Source: the human T2T-CHM13v2.0 reference genome, Homo sapiens. From it: DNA of 64,000 bases. Below, piece by piece: positions 1 through 20,081 of the stretch. Below the pieces are notes generated by a model, which did not search any database, was not told the DNA's origin, and saw only the letters and a list, made by a program, of their open reading frames with translations. The stretch lies in the NCBI RefSeq assembly GCF_009914755.1, contig NC_060929.1. One strand, 5' to 3'. How positions within the stretch are numbered: position 1 is the stretch's first letter; every line of letters begins with the position of its first letter. A program made the position numbers and the translations under genes.

Positions 1-1617
<1,617 letters not shown>

Positions 1618-2945
1618 CTTTTCCTCATTAACTGATGTTATTTGGTTACCCTGAAATATAGTTACTACTGAAGAGGCAGGATAAAAGCTTAGTTATCTTT
1701 CTTTAATTGCCCATTTTTAGCTTAAGGGCTGGTGGTGATAAATGAGTTGTTTCTGTTATTGGTGATCATTTCTTTTTCTTTTTTGAGTATCAGTATTTAC
1801 GATTTTTAAATTTTCATGTTTCAGTCAATTGCAGTCATTATTCTTTTCGATGTTTAAATTGTCCTAGATTTGTCTAGTAGGAGTCCTTGATTGCTGTATA
1901 ATTTTGACATGACCTTATTAGTCTTTAAAACTTACTTGGTTTCTGGCACAACATGATGTAGGCTTCCTGTTACATTCCTTTCCAAGTCCTGGAATCAGTA
2001 CTTCCCCGAGTAGCCCGTCTTTCTTTTTGTGGGAGTGGTATTTAGAGACCAAATCTGGTTGCTAGGCATGCTCATTGATATTGGGATGTCATTGCTTTTG
2101 ACCTTTTGATGGAAAGAGGTAGAAAATATAGACGCGTATGTATTCATGCATATATGTGTCTATGTTTAAATTACAAGGTCACTTTGATATTTCTATTTCA
2201 ATTTCAAAATATTTAGTAAACTTTTAAATTTCAGAATATTTTTAAATTTATAGATAAGCTACAAAGATAGTACAGAGTTTATGCATACACTTCACCCAGT
2301 TTTTCTTATGATTAACATCTTATGGTCCATTTGTCACAATTAAGAAACTAACAGTCAGTTACTATTGATGAATCTCCAAACGTTATTTGGATTTCACTGT
2401 TTTTTTTTTCACTAATGATTCCTCCAAGATACCACATTACCTTTGGTCCTTGTATTTGTTTAGTCCCTGACTGTTTCTCAGTCTTTCATTGTTTTTCATG
2501 ACCATGACAGTTTTGAGGGGTATTGGTCGGGTGTTTTGTAGAATGTCTCTCAATTTGCTTTTGTCTGATGCTTTTCTCATGGTTAGATTGAGATTATGAG
2601 TCCTTGGGAAGAATATCACAGAGGTGAAGTGGCTTTCTTATTACATCATATCGGGGTACTTCTATCATGTTTTTTTAGGTTCTTCATGGTAAAGTTACTT
2701 TTTCCTTTCCTTTCCATATGCCATTCTTTGGCTGCAAGCCACTGAGTACTGCTCAAACTAGAGGCAGTGGAAAAATTTGGCTCCACTTCCTGGAGTGAGT
2801 AGTATTTAAATAAACTTTTTGGTTTTCTTGTGTATTTATTTTGTTGCTCAGCTTGTTTCAACTGTGGTGATTGGGAGCTCTTTTAGTTTGGTCTTTTGTC
2901 GCTTTGACATGCCTCCTTTCTTTCGTTTTTGGAAATACTCCCTTA

Positions 2946-3335
<390 letters not shown>

Positions 3336-3392
3336 CTAGAATCAGTTCTTTTCCCCAGGAGAAGTATATTAGCAAATAAGATCTAGGTTCTT

Positions 3393-3954
3393 TATTATTA
3401 TTATTATTTTTACTATACTTTTAAGTTCTGGGATACATGTGCAGAACGTGCAGGTTTGTTACATAGGTATACACGTACCATGATGGTTTGCTGTACCCAT
3501 TAACGCATCATCTACATAGCTATTTCTCCTAATGCTGTCCCTCCCATAGCCCCGCACCCCCTGACAGGCCCTGGTGTGTGATATTCCCCTCCTTGTGTCC
3601 ATGTGTTCTCATTGTTCAGCTCCCACTTATGAGTGAGAACATGTGGTGTTTGGTTTTCTGTTCTTGTGTTAGTTTGCTGAGAATGATGGTTTCCAGCTTC
3701 ATCCGTATCCCTGCAAAGGATATGAACTCATCTTTTTTTATGGATGCATAGTATTCCATGGTTTATATGTGCCACATTTTCTTTATCCAGTCTATCATTG
3801 ATGGGCATTTGGGTTGGTTCCAAGTCTTTGCTATTGTGAACAGTGCTGCAATAAACATATGTGTGCATGTGTCTTTATAGTAGAATGATTTATAATCCTT
3901 TGGGTATACACCTAGTAATGGGATTGCTGGGTCAGATGGTATTTCTACCTCTAG
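3393..3954 (-). mobile_element. 5'-truncated L1PA (approx. L1PA7-8) 3' end
   Basis: Antisense L1 3'UTR; perfect 15-bp TSD aagatctaggttctt at 3378-3392 and 3955-3969; empty site TCTT/AA. Confidence 0.93.
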
Positions 3955-4386
3955 AAGATCTAGGTTCTTAATATGCTCATTGCTCCTGGGATGTCACTGC
4001 TCTTAGGCTGACTCAGCTGACAAAGCTAGGAAATACATGCGTGTATATTATACTAACCTATGTATATAGTATATAGTGTTTTGTATCTCTCTACATCCAC
4101 GTTAACCTGAACACCAGTTCATACTGATGTTCTAACTCTAATCCAGTACTATGTTGATTTATTCTAACCTTCATGCTTTTCTGTATCATCACTTTCCAAT
4201 GGTGAGAAACCTAGCTTCCACTATCCATTTACTTATTCAGCCTCAGTATACCTGTAAAGCAATTTAAGAATTGTTAATTGTACCTGTGTTCCAATTTAAA
4301 TTTAGCGTTACAGAATTTTTCTTAATGTCTTTTAATTTGATATTCAAATTAAAAGATAGAAGTCATTTATAAGAAAACACTTATTG

Positions 4387-4460
4387 GTCAAGGGGTTGGC
4401 AAAGTTTTTTTATAAAGGGCCAGGTAGCATTTTAGGCTTTACAGGTCACAAATGGTCTTT
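4387..4460. mobile_element. MER58-like hAT-Charlie fragment
   Basis: caaggggttggcaaa terminal motif followed by gggccaggtag...ttttaggcttt. Confidence 0.6.
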
Positions 4461-4471
4461 GTTAAATTTAT

Positions 4472-4849
<378 letters not shown>

Positions 4850-4992
4850 TATTTTTTTCAAGAAAAGACAGTAAAATCTGACTTGATGCCTTGGATCTTT
4901 GGTTAAGAAAGAAAATAAAATCATTTTCTAGCTGTAATTTCTGTTTGATTGAGTATTCCTAGGGTCATCACTTGATGATTCCAGTAGTTTAA

Positions 4993-5197
4993 GAGTGCTG
5001 TCCAATATAACTTTCAGTGGTAATGGAGATATTATGTATCTGTATCGTCCAGTATGGTAGTCACTCGTCACATGGGGTTACTGAATACTTGAAATGTGTT
5101 TAGTAATTCTAAGGAACTGAAATTTCTTAAAATCGAATTTTAATTAAAATGTATATAACTACACGTGGCTAGGTAGCTGCTGTATTGGATAGTGCAT
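4993..5197. mobile_element. MER3/MER33-like hAT MITE
   Basis: Inverted termini agtgctgtccaata...tattggatagtgc. Confidence 0.7.
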
Positions 5198-5364
5198 ATC
5201 TTGAGCCTCCCTTTAAGTGGCCAAATCCAGTGCACACAAACTACCACAATAGATAACAAGGTACCTCTAGACATAAAAATATGTGACTTAAGTTCAAAAA
5301 CAGGAATGCTACTACCAAAAAGTCACTAAAGTTTAATGCAGATTTTTAAATGAAGAAAAAGTGA

Positions 5365-5670
5365 GGCCAGGTGTGGTGGCTCACGGCTGTAATCCCCGCA
5401 CTTTGGGAGGCCAAGGCACGCGGATCATGAGGTGAAGAGATTAAGACCATTCTGGCCAACATGATGAAACCCCATCTCTACTAAAAATACAGAAATTAGC
5501 TGGGTGTGGTGACACCTGCCTGTTGTCCCAGCTACTAGGGAGGTTGAGGGAGGAGAATCGCTTGAACCTGCAAGGCAGAGGTTGCAGTGAGCTCAGATGG
5601 CGCCACTACACTCCAGCCTGGCAACAGAGTGAGACTCCATCTCAACAACAACAACAACAACAACAAAAAA
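5365..5670 (+). mobile_element. AluS (Sc-like) with (CAA)n tail
   Basis: Alu dimer; aaaaagtga on both flanks. Confidence 0.93.
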
Positions 5671-5917
5671 GAAAAAAGTGAAACATGTATATTTTAATAT
5701 TTATTTTCCCCTCCAATTTCATTCTCTTTATTTTGTTGAATCATTGTTCTAGTTTCTGATTGTAACACCCAATGGGTATGTTAATGATCGCTGCTTGTGT
5801 TTTGCCAATTGCAAATTTGGTGAATGTACAGTAAATTCTCATTCAGCTGATACCTGTTGAATATGGGAGAGTCAAACTCTCATATGCCATTAGAAGCCTT
5901 TCTTTATTTTGAGACTG

Positions 5918-6217
<300 letters not shown>

Positions 6218-6813
6218 TGACATTGGTCTGTTAACCTTTTAAATTACGTTTTTCACCCAAGTGAGAATCCACACATGCCTATAACTCAGCTAAATTCCCC
6301 CACATCTTTTTGTCACTGATCTGTATTATTCCTATATTATCCACAAAGATAACTTGAGGGAGTTTGTTGACTGTCTTGAAGATATGGAAACATAGTATGA
6401 TGTTTTCAAACCATCTCCTCACCTGGAATAGCAAACATCAGAATTTGTCTGAGATCCAAGAGGCAGCATCATGGTGAGTAAGTGGATATCAAAGAGGCAG
6501 TCACACTCAAAGAACGCCCCCATAGCTATTCAGGAAGGGAGATAGAAGTCCAAGTCTAGGAGTGAAGCTGAGGTAAATAAAGTATTCTGGATTTTGGGCA
6601 TCTCTGACGAATTTCTCCAGAAGAGCTCTTTGGTGCTGTGGTATTCTTAGCTTCTTTCTCACTCACCTAGCACACTTTAAAAAGACTGACATTATGTGTT
6701 TTTTACTTGGTCTACCAGTATAAAAATTGAATTTTAAAAAATGCTTTTCTTTTGTTGTTAAGCACAGTTTATTATTTGATATACATTATTTACCTGAATA
6801 TATTTTTCTTTCT

Positions 6814-7325
6814 TGCCGAGACCAGCTCTGTCAGGGAGACCCTAACCCAGTGGCACTAGAGAAATTAAAGACACACACACAGAAATATAGAGGTGTGAAG
6901 TGGGAAATCAGGGGTCTCACAGCCTTCAGAGCTGAGAGCCCCGAACAGAGATTTACCCACATATTTATTAACAGCAAGCCAGTCATTAGCATTGTTTCTA
7001 TAGATATTCGATTAACTAAAAGTATCCCTTATGGGAAACGAAGGGATGGGCTGAAATAAAGGGATGGGTTGGGCTAGTTATCTGCAGCAGGAGCATGTCC
7101 TTAAGGCACAGCTCGCTGATGCTATTGTTTGTGGTTTAAGAATGCCTTTAAGCAGTTTTCTGCCCTGGGCGGGCCAGGTGTTCCTTGCCCTCATTCCGGT
7201 AAACCCACAACCTTCCAGCGTGGGCATTATGGCCATCAGGAACATGTCACAGTGCTGCAGAGATTTGTTTATGGCCAGTTTTGGGGCCAGTTTATGGCCA
7301 GATTTTGGGGGGCCTGTTCCCAACA
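6814..7325 (-). mobile_element. MER9 solo LTR (HERV-K HML-3)
   Basis: Reverse complement starts TGTTGGGAACAGGCCCCCCAAAATCTGGCCATAAACTGG and ends CA; 512 bp; 6-bp TSD ctttct/ccttct. Confidence 0.88.
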
Positions 7326-7469
7326 CCTTCTCTTTGACATTTTCATGGTAAAATTATGTAAACTATCTGTAATAGCCTTTTACTTAATTTCCTGGTTTTT
7401 GCTTCCCTCTGTAACTGTCATCAAGTTACATAATTTTAAAATTTTATCTTATTAAGATCCAGTGACCTT

Positions 7470-7710
7470 CTTTTGAGTCATGTTTCAGCTCAAATGTCAG
7501 CTCCTCAAAGAGACCTTTCCTCACCATACTGTCAAAAGTAGCTCCTCTCCCACCTCTCCACTGCCACCCACTCTACCCATTACCCTGATTTATTTCTTTT
7601 ATAGCACTTAGAATGATCAGAAATGATGTGTTTTTCACATTTGTTTACTTCTATTCCAGCACCTAAAACAGTGTTTGGGATATACTTGGAACTTATTATT
7701 CATTAAATAA
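7470..7710 (+). mobile_element. L2 3' fragment
   Basis: tcagctcaaatgtcagctcctc...ccagcacctaaaacagtg motifs. Confidence 0.6.
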
Positions 7711-8474
7711 GTCATACAATAGTAGTGTTTCATATTTTTTTCTCAGTAGTTTTCTGTTGAGAAATAGAGCAGAAGACTGTTTTCAGCAAGGTGTACCCAC
7801 CTTTTGGAAAAGAAAGGAAGCATAAGGATTTCTTTTTCTGGAGGATCTGAAATCCTTGGCTTAAACCCTATCAGTTCAGGGCAAGTAAGGAACAGTTTTT
7901 GAAATCACTGGCTCTGCACTGTAAGTGATACCTTGAGCTACAGGCTTAAGGCTGATATGTTTAGTTTTTTTTAAAAAAATAAAAATATGTATTCTGAAGA
8001 TAATTGAATAATGAGTTTTATTGCATCTTATGATTTCCATTCATTTTATATTAAAAGTGATTGCCACTGAGAAATTTCCATCTATTCAAATGGTATTTGT
8101 AGTTCTTGCTATGTATGAACAGTTACTTGATTAAAGAGTTTCAGAGTTCAAATAAATAAAAAAAGAAAAAACAGATACCTACTGTTTTGCGTTTCTGAGT
8201 CAATCCTAGATTCTGAAATTTAAAAATTTCTGTTACTGGAAATCAGAATGGATGAGTCAATGCTGTAGTCATAAAGTGTTATACACTGTCTTCTCTGCTA
8301 ATTTAGCTGAGCTTGTGCCATAACTATCAGTTTTAGTGGGATGATGGGGAGATTACTGTCCTAGATTTTCACTGAAGTATTTTTCCTCCTCTTTCTTTTT
8401 TATTGCATATTAATTGATGTAAAATTTAATTCTACAACTAAGTATAACTATAGACTTAATGTGCATAATGGAAT

Positions 8475-8716
8475 GTGAGCATGGATTCTGACTCATAAAG
8501 ATCTGAATTTGAATTATGTCTTGGCTTGTTCATTTGCTATATGACTTTAGGCATGTCATTTAATCACTTTGACCCTTAGTTTCCTTGCCTGTAAAATAGA
8601 ATTAATACTACCAGTTTTTTGGTGTTCTGATTGATGATTAAATGAAATAATGTATATTTTATAAAGTGCATGGCACAGTGCCTGGCACCTAGTAAAGCAT
8701 TCAGTAGATAATAGCT
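8475..8716 (+). mobile_element. MIR
   Basis: MIR core (agtttccttgcctgtaaaat...cacagtgcctggcac). Confidence 0.75.
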
Positions 8717-8883
8717 CACCTAGTATTTATTTAATATGAAGGAATCTCAGTGCACAGATTCTTAAGTTGATATCTCTCATGTCTTTCAAGTATTACTTCC
8801 CATTTCTGAGTTTTTAGTATTGTAACATTGGATTTTACCTCTGAAAAATCAGACTACTATTTAAGACTATCACCTGTCCTGAT

Positions 8884-9191
<308 letters not shown>

Positions 9192-9379
9192 CTGATTTGT
9201 TTTTTGGGAGTATAGGCTATTTAGCTTTGGCTCTCTGTTATCTGTTCTCCATTTCCCTTTTTCTCTCGGGTCCAGTTCTCTTTATCTTTTTTTTTTTTTT
9301 TTTTTTTTTTTTGCCACAATTTGTGAAAACTTCTTAAGCCAATTCACTTTACTAATTTTCTACTCTTTTAATGAACTTT

Positions 9380-10150
9380 TTAAAAGTCACATTTATTCAG
9401 GTATAATTTACATTTAGTAAAATTTATTCTTTTTATTTGTACAGTTCTATGAATTTTGAGAAATGCATACAGTCATAGTCATACACTATGATTATCCTCC
9501 AAAGTTCCCTTTAGCCCCTTTGCAGTCAGTCCCTCCTTCTGACCCCCAGGTAACCACTGATGTGATTTTGCCTCTGTCAGTAGTTTTGTTCCCTTTTATA
9601 GCTGTGTAGTACTCTTTTGTATGACTATATTACATACAGTTTATCTCTTTACCAGTTGATAGACATTTGGCTTATTTCCAGTTTTTAGGTATAAGGAATA
9701 AAGCTTCTAATAAATACTCCGTACTGTAGAGGTCATTTTTATAGACAGGTGTTTTTATTTCCCTGGGTCAATACCTAAGTGTGAATTGCTTTGTCAGATG
9801 ATATGTGAGTATTAACTTTATAGGAAACTGCCCAACTTTTTAAAAATGCCGTATCATTTTGCTTTCTTAGTGGCAATGCGTAAGAGTTGTAGTTACTTCA
9901 TATCCTTACCTACACTTGGTATTGTCAATATGTTAAATTTTAGCCATTCAGTTGGGTATGTAGTGATATGTTATTGGGTTTTAATTTGAATTTCCCTGAT
10001 GATTAGTGATATTGAGCTTATATGTCTTCTTTGATGAAGCAACTGTTCAAAAACTTTCGCCCATTTTAAGAACTGGGTTCTTTTCTTGGATTGGTTGATA
10101 AAGTTCTTTATAAGATATGTGTGTCACAAATATTCCAGTCTGTTGCTTAG
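9380..10150 (-). mobile_element. Old L1M 3' fragment
   Basis: Decayed antisense L1 ORF2-end/3'UTR motifs. Confidence 0.65.
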
Positions 10151-10762
10151 ATAGAAAGAGTTCCATAAATATTTTTTAAATAGAAAAAGTAGTTTCCAAA
10201 AAAATTCCACTTTTGTAATATATAATTTATGTATTTGTGTTTTTTAGTTACTAGGGAAAGTTTGAGAGGTTATGTCCTAGAAATGGAAGTGTATTATATG
10301 GGGGTATTGGAGAACTTTCATTTTATATTTTTATATGACATAACAAAACAGCATGAATTACTTTTACAACTTACAAAGATATTTTACACTTCAGAAAACA
10401 AAGGACATCAAAAACAAAATTAAAAGACAAATTATAAACAAAACATTGTAACACACATTGAAAGCAATGGGCTACTATCCATAATACAGTTTCTGTAAAT
10501 AAAGAAAGGGATATTTGAAAACTAAAACTAGCCAAAGGAAATGAATTAATAGGTAACAGCAGAAGAAATACAAATAGTCAATAAACATAAAGATATTCAG
10601 CTTCATTAATAAAGAAGGAAAAATTAAAGTGCCAGTGAGGTACTATGTATTACCTGTAAGACTGGCAAAAGTGAAGAGAACATATACTATCCAATGTGAG
10701 AAGGCTAAGGTGGGGGTGTAAATGACCAGACTTTTTTTTCCGCATAACACTTTGATAATGTC

Positions 10763-11053
10763 TTTTTTTTTGAGACAGGGTCTTGCTCTGTCGCCTGGGC
10801 TGGAGTGCGGTGGCGCAATCTTGGCTCACCACAACCTCCACCTCCTGGGTTCAAGCAATTCTCATGCCTCAACCTCCCAAGTAGCTGGGAATTCAGGCAT
10901 GCACCACCATGCCTGGCTAATATTTGGATTTTTAGTAGAGATAGGGTTTCACCATGTTGGCCAGGCTGGTCTCCAACTCCTGACCTCAAGTGATCCACCC
11001 GCCTTGGCCTCCCAAAGTGCTGGGATTACAGGTGTGAGCCACTGCACCCAGCC
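10763..11053 (-). mobile_element. AluS within an old sense-strand L1M fragment (approx. 10410-11290)
   Basis: Antisense Alu dimer. Confidence 0.9.
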
Positions 11054-11486
11054 AGTATATCTTATTCTGATGTAAACTGTAAACTATGATGGCAAGATTT
11101 GGAGAAACAAATACTATCAGGCATGGTGGGAGTGTAAATCGGCACTGTCTTATAGAGGGCAATTTGGCATTCTCTTCCAAATTACAAATGCATATACCCT
11201 CAGACCAAGTAATCCACTTTTAGGAGTTCCTCTGACACATATATCCACATATGTGGAAATGATCAGGAACAAGTTTATTTATTATAGCATTATATGTGAT
11301 GATGACACGTTTTCTTGAATTTTTTTTCAGCACAAGAGTCTGATAATATGTTCTTTTTCCTTTAAAAAAATTCCACAGCTATATTCTTTGTCTTTTATAT
11401 CTTAGAACAGTACAGACTGTGACCAGTGGCTGAACTCTAGTCCATGGCTTGTTTTTGTATGACACTTGAACTAAGAATGATTTTTA

Positions 11487-14785
<3,299 letters not shown>

Positions 14786-15160
14786 TAAAGGGTTGTGAAA
14801 CAAACCCCAGAATAATGAAGAAGAATATGATACAGAGATCATATATGGCTTGGAAAGCTTCAAATATTTATCTGGTCCTTCACATAAAGTTTGCTGACCC
14901 TACTGTAAAAGCTCTTCACAACCGCTTATTATTTTGCTCTTCTTATTTACGCTCTCTGCCTGGTGAGACACAGGCTGAAAAGATTCTTCTTGTATCTCCT
15001 TACCTTCTTAACCTCACTGCTTGTGGCCAGTGGAATGTGTCTGTGATCTTAGGAAGTTTGAGGGAGCTGGGGCTGAGAGTAATCCTTGTGTGTGTGTTGG
15101 GGAGTCTCTCCTCTATGTGATGGATGCTATAGTTTTGTTGTTGTAAACTGTGCAACAGAG

Positions 15161-15442
15161 TGAGACAGAGTCTCACTCTGTTGCCCAGGCTGGAGTGCAG
15201 TGGCGCCATCTCCGCTCACTGCAAGCTCTGCCTCCTGGGTTCACGCCGTTCTCCTGCCTCAGCCACCTGAGGAGCTGGGACTACAGGTGCCCACCACCAC
15301 ACCCGGCTAATTTTTTGTATTTTTAGTAGAGATGGGGTTTCACAGTGTTAGCCAGGATGGTCTTGATCTTCTGACCTCATGATCTGCCTGCCTCGGCCTC
15401 CCAAAGTGCTGGGATTACAGGCGTGAGCCACTGCTCCCGGCC
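15161..15442 (-). mobile_element. AluY/Sc with remodelled tail
   Basis: Antisense Alu; degenerate TSD tggatgctatagtttt / tgtatgctgtattttt. Confidence 0.9.
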
Positions 15443-15960
15443 TGTATGCTGTATTTTTAGGAAAGATAGTAGGTTTTTGACTATATATCTTTGTTTTATT
15501 AACCCTATATTGTCTCTTCCACATTGTTTTTTGTGCCTGCTGCCTAATTTTTGTGACAGCTGCTTCCATAAGGGCATCCTTGCTGCTTTGAGAACGAACC
15601 ACCCATGGACTTCATGGTTTCTGGGTAGTTTCATATGAGGCTGTTGCACTCTTTCTGGGAGGTGCTTTCCTAATCATTCTGATCTTTTCCTACTAGAAAT
15701 TTCTGGATAATTTCCAGTTTTCAGTAGTCCTTTCATTTATCCTGATTTAATATTTTTCTAGGTTATTTCTTTTGGCATTTGGAGTAGGGAAGTCTGATGA
15801 AGTCCTCAGCTCTTTTTCCTTAGAAGTCTTATATATTTCCTATTTCCAAATTCTTAAGGATTTCTTATTTATATTCTTTTTTTGCACCCTCTGGAGAATC
15901 AACCTTATATTGACAAAATATATTTTTACATTTTTGGGTGACATTTGCAAGTCCTTAATT

Positions 15961-16261
15961 AATTAATTAATTAATTTTTTGAGACAGAGTCTCGCTCATT
16001 CGCCCAGGCTGTAGTGCGGTGGCGTGATCCTGGCTCACTGCAAGCTCCACCTCCCGGATTCATGCCATTCTCCTGCCTTAGCCTCCTGAGTAGCTGGGAC
16101 TACAGGCGCCTGCCATGACGCCTGGCTAATTTTTTGTATTTTCAGTAGAGACGGGGTTTCACCGTGTTAGTTAGGATGGTCTCGATCGCCTGACCTTGTG
16201 ATCCGCCCGCCTCGGCCTCCCAAAGTGTTAGGATTACAGGCGTGAGCCACCGCACCCGGCC
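15961..16261 (-). mobile_element. AluY
   Basis: CpG-rich Alu; 13-bp TSD caagtccttaatt at 15948-15960 and 16262-16274. Confidence 0.94.
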
Positions 16262-16651
16262 CAAGTCCTTAATTTGTAAGTCTTGAGTATTTTGGTTAGC
16301 AATAATTAAGACATGTACTAAACATATACTAACTTGTAGTGCATTTGAAATAACATTGCATTTGGCTACCAAGATTTTATACCCCTCAAATAATCTTAGC
16401 ATTGGAAATAAAGTAGTAATAATAATAATTACTTGTTTCAGTTACTGTACTAGGTGTCTTTATGTATATTATTTTTAATCCTCACCCAATTTTATAAAAA
16501 GTATTATTTCTCATGTTTTTTTCAGTGGAGGAAACCAGGACTCAGCAAAGTTATATTAACTAGTACGTCAACTCTGTGGGTTCAGGAGCATCTCTGTATA
16601 GTGTTGCCATCTAGTCTTGTCTCCTCATTTTCCATGAAATAAGGAGACTAA

Positions 16652-16952
<301 letters not shown>

Positions 16953-18058
16953 CTAGTGAAGCCAGTAGACTTGCTCATCATCACGCAGCTAGTTAGCAGC
17001 AGAATGAGGACTTGGATCCCTGAACTCCTGACTCACATTCCAGTGCACTTTTCACTACAGCAGGACACCTTGGCTCCTGAGCCCCAAGTGACAGCCCCAA
17101 ACAGCTGTGTTTATCTGTCTTGCATGTCCCAGCTTGTTTTGCTAGCTGAGCAAAAACTACTTAAAAGGATCCTCAATCTTCACCTTCCCACTCCCTTCCA
17201 CTTCTACTCATATACTCCACTTGCCCCATGAATAACTTCACAGAAACAATTGTGCAATGTCACTAAGCCTTCCTCTGGTGTCAAGAGTTACTCCGTGAGA
17301 GAGCATTCACTTCCTCATGACTCCGGTTTACTGGTTAGATTGGCTTTCTCTCTCTTCTCTTTGATCGGAATCTTCGTTGTTTAGGCAGGAATTTGAGGAG
17401 CAGATGTTATGCCCCTTGAACAGCCCCTTTAATTCTCCTTAGTACTGTGTCTAATGACTCTTAATCCTGTCCTTTTAACTCTGTGGCTAGCAGACTTAAG
17501 AGTGAAGTGAGACAGGAATGATGAGCTTGATGCTGAACATTTCATTTTAATGTTGGCAAAGTAGTCTACAGAGAGTACATGACAAACAGTGAGACAGAGG
17601 GAAAATGTTAAAAGTGTTCCTATATAGCAGAAAAACAATGTGAATATTAGTGTGGGATCACTGAAATTTTGGGTTTCCCACCAAATGTAGATAGAACAGT
17701 TTGGTTATTAGTTTGCCAGAGAAATGGAGCCATTGACTGTTTCTACTTTGTCTTCTTAAACTTTTATATTTTTTAGATTTTCATTTCCGTTTTAAAATAA
17801 AAATAAATCATCAGAAGAAACAAAGTGATCTCTTATTTTTCATGGTTACTGGAGAAAATTACACTTCCCCCAAATGGGAGTAGCATTAACAAGCATATAT
17901 CCTGTGAACTGATTCATTCCATTCTTTCTTTAGAGACTTTGGTTTAGCGCTCTGAACTTTCTGATTATCAGATCTTATGTGTTTGCTAATATATAAAATA
18001 ACAAATTAGACATAATGCCCTATAATTTTCTCAGTTTGATTAATTGCCTGAAATTTGA

Positions 18059-18682
18059 TCTATCAGTCAGTGTTTGATTAGAATAGAGAAATCACATGTA
18101 ATTTGAACAAGGAAAGATCAGTACGAAGAATTGCTAGCTATAATAGGGTTTTGGAGCAATGAGGATTGGCTAGTAAAAAGTAAAGAGAACTCTAAGGAAT
18201 ATAAGAATAACAGATAAAAGGAGCATCAACCCCTGGGGTTGAGATACAACATCCAGGGCCTCTGAGATTAAGATCCAGACCCTGTTTGAGGGGGCATGGC
18301 TGTGGCTCATTGAATGAAGAGAAGTTGCTGTGGTAGAAATCTGTCTCATCAGAATCACTCTGCTATAATACTGCCTTGTGGAGGTACTGATGGAAGATAC
18401 TGGGTGCTGCTGACTGCTGTGCACTTCAGGAGCCTGACAGTGGAGCAAACTGCACGGGTGCTGGATCTGGACACTGGAGAAGCTGTGTTGCAGTACAGAA
18501 GCCTGCCAAGAGGAGCACACAAGACTCTTGGAAAGAAGAGGAAAATCTCCTCTTACAATGTCGATCTAACATCATGCCAGCTAGCAAAGGAAAAATGTTT
18601 AAAGGGTCCAAGTTCATTTCTGCAGAGTAGACAGGAAAGGATGAATTCGGAGCTGAGAGACAGTAAGTGGACAACTGGCACA
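18059..18682 (-). mobile_element. LTR33 (ERVL) solo LTR
   Basis: Reverse complement starts TGTGCCAGTT...TCTCAGCTCCGAATTCATCC and ends ...ttgttcaaatta...ctgactgata, matching recalled LTR33 termini. Confidence 0.7.
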
Positions 18683-20081
18683 GTTGGTCAAACTTGTAAT
18701 TTTATATCTTAGATGGACAAATTTAAACACAAGTCCATAGGTGTTTTCCTTACAAGCTTACATTTAAATTTGGGATCCTGGTCAGAATTTTGCTAAGGAC
18801 TTCATTCTTTCCCAGTGTTTCAGGAAGGATACCATGGGGCCAGAGCCACTTTTCTTTATTGTAAGGTCCTGGGCTGTGGCCCCTTTTGCTTTTCTGGGCT
18901 CCTTTCTCATGGGCATCTGTTTTGGGAGTTTCATTTCCTCATCTGCTTTGACACTTTAATCTTGGACATTGTAGTGAAATGCTTCACATTGTCACACATT
19001 CTAATCTCAGAGACCACTCCAAATCTTTTTGAATTTTCTTGGCCATTGAAATTAGTACTCTGGAATCAGTACATTAAGAATGGTTTTTTAAAAACTATCA
19101 GCTAGAATTTCAACATTTTAGAAGAAATGGGTCAGTATAAATTTGGAGGAGCAGTTTCTAGCTAGTAGTAGCTGTGCAGAAAAACAGTTTTATTGATAAG
19201 TATCTGATTTGGATTTAGGAACCAGCTAGGACGAAAAATTCTATTGAGGTCTGGCCAGATAGACATAGATTTTATTTTTCCTTTATATTCTGTGTCCAAA
19301 AGACAAATTGTCATGAGTTTTTTTTTTTTTTTTTTCTGAAGTATCCATTTGTTTCTCAGCTTTGGAATTAGAGGTGTAGAAAATAAATGGGACTCAACAG
19401 CCTAAGATTTTGTTTAAAAAGATGTTCTTATTTATTTATATTAAAAAAATTTCTAAACTTTTTTTTTTTTGCAAGAAACTGTATGTCAGCATTTTCATTT
19501 TTGATAGATAAATTTTATATTTGGGATTTTGATTATTAAGTTGTTTCTCCACCAGAATTCCTTATGGATTTTTGTAATAATCTCTATTTAATGTGTTTAA
19601 TTATTTGCTTTCCATTTATATTTATTTTGGGATTTCTTTTTTAAGAGAATGGCACCTGTGACAGCATACTGTTAATATTACCCTTGTATCGTACTTTACC
19701 ATGCCATCTCTGAAGAATATTACAGACCATTTTGGAGCATGGTGAATAACGAATTTTTACCTTAGGAGTTCACTTGAGTAGTCATTTTTATATTTGTGAC
19801 TGCAAGTCACTTTTAGGGGCTGTACTTCCTTAGTACTGGTAGCATTATTATCCAATGGACTTTTATAGCTTTCATTAGGTTTTCTTTTGTTTTTGTTCTT
19901 TAAAGAACATTTTACTTAACTTAGTATTTCATTTTTCATCTATATTATGAGGCAGTAAGAGTCTTCTGTTTTTCCAAAGTTGAGACTGCTTTATATTTAT
20001 TTCATATTGTCTACAGCTGTAGTGTTCAATACATTAGCCACTAGCCACATGTGGTTATTTAAATAAGATAAAATAAAAATT

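Noticed and set aside
9287-9312. Long T-run as an orphan retroposed tail
   Set aside because: No TSD or recognisable element body adjacent
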